From an uncultured Acidobacteriota bacterium (GTDB lineage: Bacteria > Acidobacteriota > Terriglobia > Bryobacterales > Bryobacteraceae), in contig CADECY010000005.1 of assembly GCA_902825945.1 (NCBI GenBank), positions 90,557 through 154,556 of the forward strand: a DNA stretch of 64,000 nt, read 5' to 3'. Positions 46,644 through 56,414 of the stretch are shown piece after piece; the first letter of the stretch is position 1, and every line of letters starts with the position of its first letter. The notes beneath the pieces were generated by a model, which saw only the letters and a list, made by a program, of their open reading frames with translations, ran no database searches and was not told the origin of the DNA. Made by a program: the position numbers and the translations under genes.

Positions 46644-48026
46644 ATGCTATCCCGCCGGTCATTGCTGAGTGCTCCCCTTCTCGCCGCCGCGCCGCGTCCG
46701 AACATCGTCTTCGTGTTGGTGGACGATCTCCGCTGGGACGAACTCGGCTGCACTGGGCATCCTTTCGCGCAAACTCCGCACGCCGACCGGATCGCACGCG
46801 AGGGCGCTAATTTCCGTAACGCATTCGCGACAACTCCTCTGTGCTCGCCGAGCCGCGCGAGTTTTCTCACCGGCCAATACCCGCATCGCCACGGCATCGT
46901 TGACAACACGGATCGGCGCGCGCGGAGCCACCAACTGATCACATGGCCCCGTCTGCTTCACGACAACGGCTACGAGACGTCATTCATCGGCAAGTGGCAC
47001 ATGGGCAACGACGACTCCCGGCGTCCCGGGTTCGATCACTGGATCAGCTTTCCCGGCCAAGGCGAGTCCACCGATCCGGTGATCAACGACAACGGCAAGT
47101 CGTCGCGCGTCCAAGGTTACATCACCGATATCCTCAGCCAGCATGCGGTGGATTTCGTCTCGCGCCAAAGAACGAAGCCCTTCTGCCTGTACTTGGCGCA
47201 CAAGGCAATTCACCCCAACATCCAGCAGGCCGCCGATGGTTCGGTCAATTCGACCGGAACGGCCGAGGAGTTCATCGTCGCGGACCGTCACAAGCAACTC
47301 TACGCAGGTGCGCGGATCCCACATCGCGGAAACTACGCGAAAGCGCCCCAACGCAAGCCGGCGCTCGAACAGAAGATTCCGGGCGTTGCGCCGCTGAGCG
47401 CAAAGACCGGCACCGATGACGCGACCATTCTCAATCGCGCGCGAATGACCAAGGCAATCGATGAAGGACTCGGCGAGATTCTCGAAGCCGTGCGCAAGAC
47501 GGGCCGCGAAGAAGACACGATGGTCGTCTACACATCTGACCACGGCTACTTCTACGGCGAACACGGCCTCAACGCCGAGCGGCGTCTGGCGTACGAAGAG
47601 ACCATCCGGATCCCGCTGCTCATGCGATATCCGCGGATGGCGAAGTCTGGCTTGCGCCTGAGTCAACTCGCGTTGAGCATCGATATCGCGCCCACGATGC
47701 TCGAACTGGCGGGCGTTGCCTCGCCCTCCAATCTTCAAGGAGCGTCTCTCGCTCCGATCCTGCGAGGCGGAAGTCCGAGGTGGCGCGAGGAGGTGCTGAT
47801 CGAGTACTACTCCGATACGGTGTTCCCGCGTGTGCGAAAGATGGGCTATCAGGCAGTGCGGACCGATCGATGGAAGTATGTCCACTACCGGGAACTCGAA
47901 GGTGCGGATGAGTTGTACGACTTGAAGTCTGACCCATTCGAACTCGACAACCGGATCGCGCGGGAGCCGGCGCGAGTGAAGGAAATGCAGTCGCGGCTGA
48001 CGCGGCTGAGCGCTTCGGGGAGTTGA
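46644..48026 (+). CDS. sulfatase (formylglycine-dependent) with Tat/Sec-type signal
   Basis: MLSRRSLLSAPLLAAAP signal, NIVFVLVDDLR, CSPSRASFLTGQYPHRHG (CXPXR motif). Confidence 0.9.
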   Translation: MLSRRSLLSAPLLAAAPRPNIVFVLVDDLRWDELGCTGHPFAQTPHADRIAREGANFRNAFATTPLCSPSRASFLTGQYPHRHGIVDNTDRRARSHQLITWPRLLHDNGYETSFIGKWHMGNDDSRRPGFDHWISFPGQGESTDPVINDNGKSSRVQGYITDILSQHAVDFVSRQRTKPFCLYLAHKAIHPNIQQAADGSVNSTGTAEEFIVADRHKQLYAGARIPHRGNYAKAPQRKPALEQKIPGVAPLSAKTGTDDATILNRARMTKAIDEGLGEILEAVRKTGREEDTMVVYTSDHGYFYGEHGLNAERRLAYEETIRIPLLMRYPRMAKSGLRLSQLALSIDIAPTMLELAGVASPSNLQGASLAPILRGGSPRWREEVLIEYYSDTVFPRVRKMGYQAVRTDRWKYVHYRELEGADELYDLKSDPFELDNRIAREPARVKEMQSRLTRLSASGS

Positions 48027-48073
48027 TCATCTGTTGAGCCGCGAGGGCTGGCGAGACGCGGTGAGGACGAGGC

Positions 48074-49207
48074 TTACCAGATCGGGGCGACGGCCACCTC
48101 GCCTCGGAGCGCGCGCTCATTGAGGCGATAGCCGAAGCCCGGTTCCGGCCCGAGTTCGACGTAGCCGCCCCGAGGGATGGGCTCACCTTCGAGCAACAGT
48201 TCACCGCCCTGGGCGAAGATATCGACGAACTCGACCATGGGCGAGCCGGGGTTGCTCCAGACGAAGTGGTAGGTGGGCGCGCCAACGCCGTGAGGGATGA
48301 CGGGGAGTCCGGCGGCGGAGGCCATGGCGGCGATCTTGCGAAGTTCCGAGATCCCGCCGGCTCGATAGATGTCGGGTTGGAGGATATCGACGGCCTGCTT
48401 CTCGATGATCTCGCGGAAGCCGTAGCGTGTGTATTCGTGTTCACCGCCGGTGATCATGGTGCCGGCTTGCCCGCGGAGGCGGCGATAGCCGTCGAGGTCG
48501 TCTGGCATGAGCGGCTCTTCCAACCAGTAGATGCGGTAGTCGCGAATGCGGCGGAGGAGTTCGAGCGCGTAGGGAACGGTGAGCGACATGTAGCAGTCGA
48601 GCATGATGCGGCCATCAGGTCCGATCTGTTCGCGCGTGGCCCGGACGAGGGCTTCGTTCGCGCGGAGCCCGTCTTCACCGCCGGCGGGGCTGTAGGGCAG
48701 GGCGATCTTGACGTCGCGGAATCCTTCCTCGAGGTGACGGCCCGTCATGTTGCCGGTCACGTAAGCGGGCAGGCGATCCTTGGTGGCTCCGCCGAGCAGC
48801 GCGTGGACGGGCAGGCCGACAGCTTTTCCGGCGATGTCCCAGAGCGCGATGTCGATGGCGCTGATGGCTTCGATGGCGAGCCCACGGCGTCCGTACATCA
48901 CCGAGGCGCGATACAGAGTTTCCCAGAGGCGTTCGATCTCTTGCGGATTCCGCCCGAGCAGGAGCCCGGCGAAGTGCTCGTCGACGATGGTACGGATGAC
49001 CGCGCCCTTCGCTCCGCCGGCGAATCCGAGTCCGGTGTGGCCAGCATCGGTTTCGATCTCGACGACGGCGGCGGTCATCTTGCCGAACCAGGAGGAGCGG
49101 CGTTCGCGGTATTCGGCGAAGCCGGAGAGCGGGTTGGCGATGAGGGACTGATTGAGCCAGGACCCCGCCATGGGCGCGACGTGGGTCCGGACCGCGGTGA
49201 TCTTCAT
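48074..49207 (-). CDS. enolase-superfamily dehydratase (L-rhamnonate dehydratase-like)
   Basis: The N-terminal segment PLSGFAEYRERRSSWFGKMTAAVVEIETDAGHTGLGFA resembles RhmD. Metal-ligand region YWLEEPL. Start at ATG 49207. Confidence 0.8.
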   Translation of the reverse strand: MKITAVRTHVAPMAGSWLNQSLIANPLSGFAEYRERRSSWFGKMTAAVVEIETDAGHTGLGFAGGAKGAVIRTIVDEHFAGLLLGRNPQEIERLWETLYRASVMYGRRGLAIEAISAIDIALWDIAGKAVGLPVHALLGGATKDRLPAYVTGNMTGRHLEEGFRDVKIALPYSPAGGEDGLRANEALVRATREQIGPDGRIMLDCYMSLTVPYALELLRRIRDYRIYWLEEPLMPDDLDGYRRLRGQAGTMITGGEHEYTRYGFREIIEKQAVDILQPDIYRAGGISELRKIAAMASAAGLPVIPHGVGAPTYHFVWSNPGSPMVEFVDIFAQGGELLLEGEPIPRGGYVELGPEPGFGYRLNERALRGEVAVAPIW

Positions 49208-49270
49208 TCCGACATTGTCGCCTGGACGAGAGCTACGCCGTTCGTCCAATGCGCAATCGCGCGGCTGAAA

Positions 49271-50782
49271 TCACAACCTCAATTCCCAACCCGGTTTCAC
49301 CACTGGACGCACCAAGCGCGTCGCCTCCATACTGTTGGTGAAACGCATCGCGCGGCTGTCCCAATTCAACTTGCCGGGCACGCGGAATGCGATCGCGGCG
49401 AGCGCCAGCCATTCGGCGAACGGACCCGAGATCGAGAAATTCGAACACGCCGGATCGCCGCCCTTGCAGGCGCGAATCCAATCGGCCATGTGACCGGGTG
49501 AGCGCGTGAGCAGTTGCGGTGGCAGCTTGTACTCGGCCCATCGCGCGGCGGGCAGCAGCCAGACGCCTTCGCCACGGCTCGTGGTGCACATGATTCCCTT
49601 CGAGCCCACGAAGACCGCCCCGTTGCCGGTGAGGAGTCCGGACTTCGAGCCGCCGCGATCGGCACCGAAGACTTCGACTCCCGTACCACCAGCACCGCGC
49701 CGCGGCGCTCCGGGCGGATCGACGCGCGGGGGCCGCGCTCGCCCGGCCGGATCGCCCATGGGCCTGCCCTTCGGAGTCAGATTATCGGCGGGTGGCAGGA
49801 TCGCTTCGTTCTCCATGCCCGGCACGCGATAGACTTCCGGATCGGTCACGCGCGCCGAGTCATGATAGTAGACCTGCACGGGCGGCATTTCGCCGCGCGC
49901 CGGAAAATCGAGCCGAATGGTCGCGCGATCGGGAAACGTAATTTTGCTCGCGTTGTGTTGGAAGACGGCTTCGACGCTCGTGGGCGCGCCGAGTTGGAGC
50001 GCGTGATGCACGGGTCCGGCGGAGTGGGTGGCCCAGTTGCCGATCTGTCCGGTTCCGAAATCGAAGAAGCCGCGCCAATTGTAGGGCACGTAGTGCTTGC
50101 TGAAAGCGCGCATGGGCGCGTTGCCGAGCCAGGCCTCACAATTGAGTCCGGGCGGAACCGATGACTCGGGCGGCGGTGCCTGCAGCCCGGTCGGATGCGT
50201 GCCGGGCGTGACCGAGATGTGGACCTCGCGCACATCGCCGATCTCACCCGACCAAAGGATCTCGGCCGCGACGCGGTGCGATTCGTGTGAGTAGCCCTGA
50301 TTGCCCATCTGCGTGGCGACCTTGTATTTCACCGCCGCGTCCGCGAGCAGCCGCGCTTCCCCCGGCGTACGCGTGAGCGGCTTCTCGACGTAAACATGTT
50401 TACCGAGTTGCATGCAAGCCAGCGCGACGGTAGCGTGCATGAAGTCGGGAATCGCGATCGTGCACGCGTCAATCTCCTTGCCCGCCTTGTCGAGCATCGA
50501 GCGGAAGTCGCGATGGACGGGCACCTTTTCGAACTTCTTCAAGCTCGGCGCGGCACGATCGACATCCACATCGCAAAGCGCGACGATGTTTTCGGTGGCC
50601 GCTGCCTGGTTCAGGATCTCGGCTCCCCGGCCGCCGCAGCCGATCGCGGCGACGTTGAGCTTCGAGTAGAAGGGCTTGTATCCGAGCGCGCGCAACGAAG
50701 GCACGCTTCCATATCCGGCGGAGGGGACGGCGCTCGCGAACAAGGGTCCGAGGAAGAAGTATCGGCGTGAGACGGGAGACAT
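49271..50782 (-). CDS. Gfo/Idh/MocA family oxidoreductase with Tat-like signal
   Basis: MSPVSRRYFFLGPLFASAVP, then Rossmann NVAAIGCGGRGAEIL and HVYVEKPL. Confidence 0.85.
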   Translation of the reverse strand: MSPVSRRYFFLGPLFASAVPSAGYGSVPSLRALGYKPFYSKLNVAAIGCGGRGAEILNQAAATENIVALCDVDVDRAAPSLKKFEKVPVHRDFRSMLDKAGKEIDACTIAIPDFMHATVALACMQLGKHVYVEKPLTRTPGEARLLADAAVKYKVATQMGNQGYSHESHRVAAEILWSGEIGDVREVHISVTPGTHPTGLQAPPPESSVPPGLNCEAWLGNAPMRAFSKHYVPYNWRGFFDFGTGQIGNWATHSAGPVHHALQLGAPTSVEAVFQHNASKITFPDRATIRLDFPARGEMPPVQVYYHDSARVTDPEVYRVPGMENEAILPPADNLTPKGRPMGDPAGRARPPRVDPPGAPRRGAGGTGVEVFGADRGGSKSGLLTGNGAVFVGSKGIMCTTSRGEGVWLLPAARWAEYKLPPQLLTRSPGHMADWIRACKGGDPACSNFSISGPFAEWLALAAIAFRVPGKLNWDSRAMRFTNSMEATRLVRPVVKPGWELRL

Positions 50783-51074
50783 TTCGTTCCAGTATAGGCC
50801 TCGGCGGCGGGGACCCGTGGCGGCGCGGATTCCTGCGCTGGGTCGCGCGAATGGTCAATCGCCGGTGCCCGGCAGCTTGAGTCCGGCTCGTTCGCGGACT
50901 CGACACAAAGCACTGCGAATTCGGCCCAGTCTCGCGCGGATGGGGGCGGGGGCGTTGGCTCGGCGGAGAGGGTGCGATCGAGATCTGAGCAGCGGGAACT
51001 CGAAGCCGTCCAGTTGGGCTGGAGGCTTGGACACCCGCCCTCGCGATGGTCAAGAGTGCAATCGGGTACCGGCG

Positions 51075-52160
51075 TCAGCGCCGGAACAGCATGGGCGCGA
51101 ACTCCGCCAGTTCGCGGCGAAAGACGGGATAGAAGTGGCCTCCCGGACCTTCCGATTCCGTGAAACGAATGCCGTGTTGGCGCAGCGCGGCTCGCATGGC
51201 GCGATTGCGATCGAGCCCTTCGTCATCGGTACCGATCGCGATCCAAAACGTTTTCAATTTGGCGTTGGTGGCTTTCGAATCGGCAAGCACGGCCTTGTGG
51301 GTCTCTTCCATGCCGGTGGACTGGCCGCCGCTGAACAGGCCGATGTTGGCGAACAGATCGAGGTGACGGAGTCCGGCGTGGAGCGAGTGTCCGGCGCCCA
51401 TCGAGAGTCCGGCAATCGCCCGCGACTGGCGATCCTTGACGGTGCGGTAGCGCGAATCCGCGAGAGGAACGACCTCTTCGACGAGGTATCGTTCGAACAT
51501 TTCAGTGTTCTTTTTTCCTGGCGCACCGAACGGGGCCGCGTGCGCCCACGGCATGACGAGAATCATCGGTTGGGCTTTGCCCGCGGCGATCAGGTTGTCG
51601 AGGATGATGTGGGCACGGCCGGTCCAGGTCCAGCCCGCCGCGACATCGTTGTTGCCGTGCATCAGGTACATCACGGGGTAGCGCGCATTGCGATTTCGTT
51701 CGTAGCCGGGCGGCGTGTAGACGAAAACCTCGCGCACATCTCCGAGCACCTTCGAATGGTGCGTGCCCATCTCCACGGTACCGTGCGGCACGTCTTTCGC
51801 GATCCAAGGCGCGTCTCCCGGTATTTCGAAGAGGCTCGCCGATGTGCGGGCGCGAAGCTTGATTCGCGGATTCACCGGATCGGCGATGTTCATGCCGTCG
51901 ACGTTGAACGAGTACAAGTGCACCTGCGGCTCGAACGGACCCTGCGTGATCGACCATACGCCATCGGCGTCCTTCGTCATGGGCACGCGCGTACCGAGCT
52001 TCATCCAATCACCGTTGAGCGTGACAGACTCGGCTTTCGGCGCGAAGATCCGGAAGGTGACGCGATTCCCGTTCACCTCGGGAGAGACGGCACGATCCGC
52101 CACGGTGGGCTGTGGTTGCGCCGCGCACACCACGGCAACGAGAAAGAAGGCCCGCTTCAT
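51075..52160 (-). CDS. secreted esterase (alpha/beta hydrolase, esterase-D/enterochelin-esterase-like with N-terminal E-set domain)
   Basis: Signal MKRAFFLVAVVCAAQ. VTFRIFAPKAESVTLNGDW (E-set/CBM48-like). Serine nucleophile motif GLSMGAG. Start at ATG 52160. Confidence 0.75.
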   Translation of the reverse strand: MKRAFFLVAVVCAAQPQPTVADRAVSPEVNGNRVTFRIFAPKAESVTLNGDWMKLGTRVPMTKDADGVWSITQGPFEPQVHLYSFNVDGMNIADPVNPRIKLRARTSASLFEIPGDAPWIAKDVPHGTVEMGTHHSKVLGDVREVFVYTPPGYERNRNARYPVMYLMHGNNDVAAGWTWTGRAHIILDNLIAAGKAQPMILVMPWAHAAPFGAPGKKNTEMFERYLVEEVVPLADSRYRTVKDRQSRAIAGLSMGAGHSLHAGLRHLDLFANIGLFSGGQSTGMEETHKAVLADSKATNAKLKTFWIAIGTDDEGLDRNRAMRAALRQHGIRFTESEGPGGHFYPVFRRELAEFAPMLFRR

Positions 52161-52197
52161 CCTCACCATGCTAGCCGAGCTATGATGGATCGCAAAG

Positions 52198-52848
52198 ATG
52201 AAACGGCTATCGATTCCCCTCGCTTTTTCGGCGCTCGCCTTCGCACAGGATCCACGAGTTCCCATCGAAAACGAGCACGTCAAGGTGCTCAAGGTCACGC
52301 AGGACCCGAACGTGCGCACCCGTCCGCATCAACATGACGTGAACCGCGTGATGGTCTATCTCCAGCCCGGCAAGCAGACGATCGCTTATCAAGAAGGTAA
52401 AGTCGTCAACCTGAACTGGAAGGCCGGCGAGGCGCTGTGGAGCCCAAAGAGTGGCATCCACGTCGCGGAATTGGTCTCGGCGAAGCCGGTGACGATCGTC
52501 GAGGTGGAACTGAAGAAGCCCGGCGCGAAAGGGCCGGTGAAGTATCCGGCGCTCGATCCGGTGACGATCGATCCGAAGCGATACAAGGTCGAACTCGACA
52601 ACGATCAGGTGCGCGTCGTACGTGTAAAGCTACCCGGCAAGGGGAAGATCGCGATGCACGAGCATGGACTGAATCGCGTGGTGGTCTATCTGACCGATAT
52701 GGACTTCAAGATCACCACGCCTGACGGCAAAGAATCGAACGTGCAGCACAAGGCCGGAGATGTGAGTTTCGGCACTCCGAACAAACATGCCGAGGAGAAT
52801 CTGACTTCGAAGCCGTTCGAGATCGTGGTGATCGAGATCAAGGGCTGA
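52198..52848 (+). CDS. secreted bicupin-like hypothetical protein
   Basis: Signal MKRLSIPLAFSALAFAQ. Two similar halves (HVKVLKVTQDPN...HQHDVNRVMVYL and QVRVVRVKLPGK...HEHGLNRVVVYL). Confidence 0.6.
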   Translation: MKRLSIPLAFSALAFAQDPRVPIENEHVKVLKVTQDPNVRTRPHQHDVNRVMVYLQPGKQTIAYQEGKVVNLNWKAGEALWSPKSGIHVAELVSAKPVTIVEVELKKPGAKGPVKYPALDPVTIDPKRYKVELDNDQVRVVRVKLPGKGKIAMHEHGLNRVVVYLTDMDFKITTPDGKESNVQHKAGDVSFGTPNKHAEENLTSKPFEIVVIEIKG

Positions 52849-52854
52849 CCAGCC

Positions 52855-53718
52855 TCAGGCCAGCGCTTTGCCGTACAACTCGAGCAGCCGGCTCCAGGCG
52901 CGTTCGGCCTTGGGCTCGTTGTAGACACGCGAATCCGGCGGACACCATCCGTGCGCCGCGTCCGCGTAGACCTCGATCTCCGCTTCGAGTTTCGCGGCAG
53001 CGAATGTCTCTTTCAGGACCGTCTTATCGTTGGGCGCGCGTGAATCGTCGTTGGCCGCGATCGCGACCAGGAACCGTGCCTTCGTCTTCGCCGCCTGCAG
53101 GTGCGGACTGTTCGCCGCGTCGCGCACCAGGCCGCCGCCATGGAACGAGGCCACCGCGCCCACCCGGTCCGGCATCGCCGCCGCGGTGCGAAACGCGATC
53201 GGCCCGCCCATGCAGTAGCCCTGCGTGCCCACCTTCCGGTTCTTGGCGACCGATGCCTGCTTGTCGAGCCAGCCGATGAAGGCCTTCGCATCGGTGAAGT
53301 GCGTCGTCTCGCTCAACGTCTGCGCAAGCGGCATCACCTGCTGGATCGGAGTCGAACTGGCGGATTCCGCCGTAGGCGCCTTCTTGGTCCTGTAGAACGG
53401 ATTGACGACGAGCACCGAATAGCCGGACTCGGCGAGCCGCTTGCCCATTTGCCGGAAGGCCGGGCGCAGCCCGAAGATGTCGGGCCAGACCAGCACTCCG
53501 GGCGCGGTGCCCGAAGCCGGATGGACGAAGTAGCAGTCAGCGGTCCCATCGGGTGTCGTCACCGTCACGTCCGATTCGGTCACGGCGGCGGCGTTCGCCA
53601 CCGGCGGCAGCATCATCGACATTCCGGCACCCAGCAGGACGCCGAACTGCTTGCGGGTCACCAGACCGCGAGATTCGTATTCCCGGCGGTCATCATCGAA
53701 ATGGTCAATATCGCACAT
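52855..53718 (-). CDS. dienelactone hydrolase family protein with Tat-like signal
   Basis: GYCMGG nucleophile motif and a C-terminal YADAAHGW. LVTRKQFGVLLGAGMSMMLPPVANA leader. Start at ATG 53718. Confidence 0.85.
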   Translation of the reverse strand: MCDIDHFDDDRREYESRGLVTRKQFGVLLGAGMSMMLPPVANAAAVTESDVTVTTPDGTADCYFVHPASGTAPGVLVWPDIFGLRPAFRQMGKRLAESGYSVLVVNPFYRTKKAPTAESASSTPIQQVMPLAQTLSETTHFTDAKAFIGWLDKQASVAKNRKVGTQGYCMGGPIAFRTAAAMPDRVGAVASFHGGGLVRDAANSPHLQAAKTKARFLVAIAANDDSRAPNDKTVLKETFAAAKLEAEIEVYADAAHGWCPPDSRVYNEPKAERAWSRLLELYGKALA

Positions 53719-54628
53719 GGTCGCTCCCCTCCACGATTTCCTCGCGGAAACGATCCAACGTAGCACAGCTCACGCGGTTCGCTGCCGAACGCTGATGGGC
53801 GAGTTCAAACAGGAGCAGGCCCGAAGCAACCGCCGCGTTGATCGAATCGCCCCGGCCCGCCATCGGAATCCGAACCATGAAATCGCAGCTCTCGCTTACG
53901 TGGGGCGACAGACCGCGCTTCTCGCTGCCTACCAGTAGCGCGGCGGGCCAGCGATAGCGGACCGAACGGTAGTCGAGCAGACCTGACGGCGACGAACCCA
54001 CGATCGCAACTCCGCTGGAATGCGCCCAGCGAGCGAACTCGCCGAGCGAGGCACGCGCGAGCTTCAGCGCGAACAATGCGCCCATGGTCGCGCGAATCGC
54101 CGCCGGATCGTACGGGTCCGCGCCGGTCCCGATTACGATGACCCCGCTCGCGCCCGCCGCCTCCGCGGTCCGGAGCATCGTTCCGAGATTCCCCGGAGAG
54201 TCGATCGACTCGACCGCGAGCCACAAACCATCACTACGGTGCAGCGAGTCGAGCGGTGTCCACTGCTGCCGGACCACGGCGCCCAGTCCTTGCGGCTCGG
54301 CGGCGAGAGTCAGATGTCGATAAAGCGATGAAGCGACCTCGACTGCCGGAACACCCCGGCGGCGCAGTTCGCGCGCGAGCTTCTGTCCGAAGGTGTTGGA
54401 CAAAGCAGACGGCGCACAGAAGATCGACTCCAGCGGCGCGTTCTCTTCAACGGCTCTCGCCACGTGGCGAATGCCTTCGATCAGGTAGAGTCCGGTGCGC
54501 GACCGGCCCTGCGGGGTGCGCAAGGAGCGGAGATGTTGGAACCTCGGGTCCTTGGCGTGGGCAACTATCGATTGAGCTTGTTTATTAGCATTCACGGCCT
54601 CCACGCGGCAACAAAGGGCCGCGGCCAT
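53705..54628 (-). CDS. TrmH/SpoU family RNA 2'-O-methyltransferase
   Basis: SpoU motifs GNLGTMLRTAEAAG, LLVGSEKRGLS, IPMAGRGDSINAAVASGLLLFE. 14-nt overlap with the downstream gene. Confidence 0.85.
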   Translation of the reverse strand: MAAALCCRVEAVNANKQAQSIVAHAKDPRFQHLRSLRTPQGRSRTGLYLIEGIRHVARAVEENAPLESIFCAPSALSNTFGQKLARELRRRGVPAVEVASSLYRHLTLAAEPQGLGAVVRQQWTPLDSLHRSDGLWLAVESIDSPGNLGTMLRTAEAAGASGVIVIGTGADPYDPAAIRATMGALFALKLARASLGEFARWAHSSGVAIVGSSPSGLLDYRSVRYRWPAALLVGSEKRGLSPHVSESCDFMVRIPMAGRGDSINAAVASGLLLFELAHQRSAANRVSCATLDRFREEIVEGSDHVRY

Positions 54629-55083
54629 TTGAATTGACGAACCCTTTCATCATGGCACGTTCGTTGCCGCGCGGTTCAATCAATCAGGCAAGCGAACGTT
54701 GCTGACTCGAGTCGCCCCGCTTCTCCGGGCCGGTACGCGCCGAGCAGATCCGCTGGCCTCAATTCACCGGTCCCCTGGCGATCCGGAACAGCCTCCGAAT
54801 CATCCGCCGCTCAGCGTAATGGTGGCCCGACAGACAACCCACAGCACGCATTCGCGGCCGCCAGCGCGAATTCGATTCCGCGATCGTGGTCCTGATGGCC
54901 GTATTCACGGTCCCATTCCATGGCAGTCGAAGTTCCGCCCTCACGTTCGAGGCCAACATGCAGAGCAGCGATCCGCCGGCCGTTTTCCCGTCTGCTCTTC
55001 AGTCTACGCCCGGCAAGGGGAATCGGTCGATCGTTTCCCATCCATGCTGTATACTGACGTGGAACCGATACGGGAGACACTCG

Positions 55084-56376
55084 ATGAATCGTAGGAATTT
55101 CCTCTTCAAAGGCGCTGCCGCGGCCGCCGCGCCGCTTGCCATGGCACAACAACCGCAAGGACGGCGGAGAATGGGCGGCGACAACGGGCGCGGACTTCAA
55201 CCGCTCAACGGTGGCAAGATCGGCAACACGCCGGCCATGAAGATCACCGACATCAAGACCTTCCTCGTCGGCGCGGGCGGACGCAACTGGGTCTACGTCA
55301 AGATCCTCACCGATCAGGGAATCCACGGCATCGGCGAAGCCTACTCCGCCGGACCCGACGAGGCCACGGTGAAGGTGATCGAGGACTTCAAGCGCTGGCT
55401 CGTCGGGCAGGATCCGCGCAACGTCCAGTACCTGTTCGATCTCATGTACAACACCACGCGCTTCCCGGGTGGACTCGTGATCAACTCGGCGATCAGCGGC
55501 ATCGAGCACGCGCTATGGGACATCGCGGGCAAGTCCGCCGGTGTTCCCGTGTGGGCACTGCTCGGGGGACGCACGCGCAACAAGATTCGCGTCTATCAGA
55601 GCATCGGTGGAGCGAGTCCGCAAGAAGCCGCCGAATCGGCGAAGAAGATGATCGAGACCTACGGATACACGGCTCTCAAAATGGGAATCGCGGCCAACGG
55701 CGACATGCCGTACAACCGCGCGCTGCGGGAAAGCACCGAGCGGGTGCGAGCCGTGCGCGAAGCCGTGGGCCCGGACATCGATATCGGCGTGGATGTTCAC
55801 ACGAAGTTCGTCGAAGTGGAGCGCGCCGTGCGGCTCGCCAAGGCGATCGAGCCGTTTCAGCCGATGTGGCTCGAGGAGCCGATCCGCCCGGAGAACTACA
55901 CGGCGATGAAGAAGCTCTCCGATCACGTCGACATCCCACTCGCGAGCGGCGAGTCGAACTACATGAAGTACGAGTTCAAGCAGTTGATCGACATGCAGGC
56001 GCTCGATTTCGTCCAGCCCGACATCTGCTGTTGCGGTGGCGTGCTCGAGATGAAGAAGATCGCCGCGATGGCCGAGGCGCAGTACATCAAGGTGGCGCCG
56101 CACAATCCGATGAGCCCACTGGCCACTGTGGTCAATGTCCACTTCGCCGCGTCCACTCCAAACTTCTACATCCTCGAGTATCACGCTCCCGATTCCGGCG
56201 CCAGCAAGATCGTATTGAACGAGCCGCTGATGGTGAAGAAGGACGGCTACGTCGATATCCCGAACAAACCCGGCTGGGGAGTCGAGCTCAACGAGGAAGC
56301 CTTCAAGTCGATGCCGCCTCAACCCTGGAAGCGCGGCACGAATTTCCGCGCGGACGGTTCGCCTTACTTCCAATAG
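55084..56376 (+). CDS. enolase-superfamily dehydratase (galactonate-dehydratase-like) with twin-arginine signal
   Basis: MNRRNFLFKGAAAAAAPLAMAQ, then MKITDIKTFLV...WVYVKILTDQGIHGIGEAY and PMWLEEPI. GGGAGA 7 nt upstream of ATG 55084. Confidence 0.85.
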   Translation: MNRRNFLFKGAAAAAAPLAMAQQPQGRRRMGGDNGRGLQPLNGGKIGNTPAMKITDIKTFLVGAGGRNWVYVKILTDQGIHGIGEAYSAGPDEATVKVIEDFKRWLVGQDPRNVQYLFDLMYNTTRFPGGLVINSAISGIEHALWDIAGKSAGVPVWALLGGRTRNKIRVYQSIGGASPQEAAESAKKMIETYGYTALKMGIAANGDMPYNRALRESTERVRAVREAVGPDIDIGVDVHTKFVEVERAVRLAKAIEPFQPMWLEEPIRPENYTAMKKLSDHVDIPLASGESNYMKYEFKQLIDMQALDFVQPDICCCGGVLEMKKIAAMAEAQYIKVAPHNPMSPLATVVNVHFAASTPNFYILEYHAPDSGASKIVLNEPLMVKKDGYVDIPNKPGWGVELNEEAFKSMPPQPWKRGTNFRADGSPYFQ

Positions 56377-56414
56377 GCAACGCCGCCGCGCGCGATGCGC
56401 CTCGGCACCGGTAG

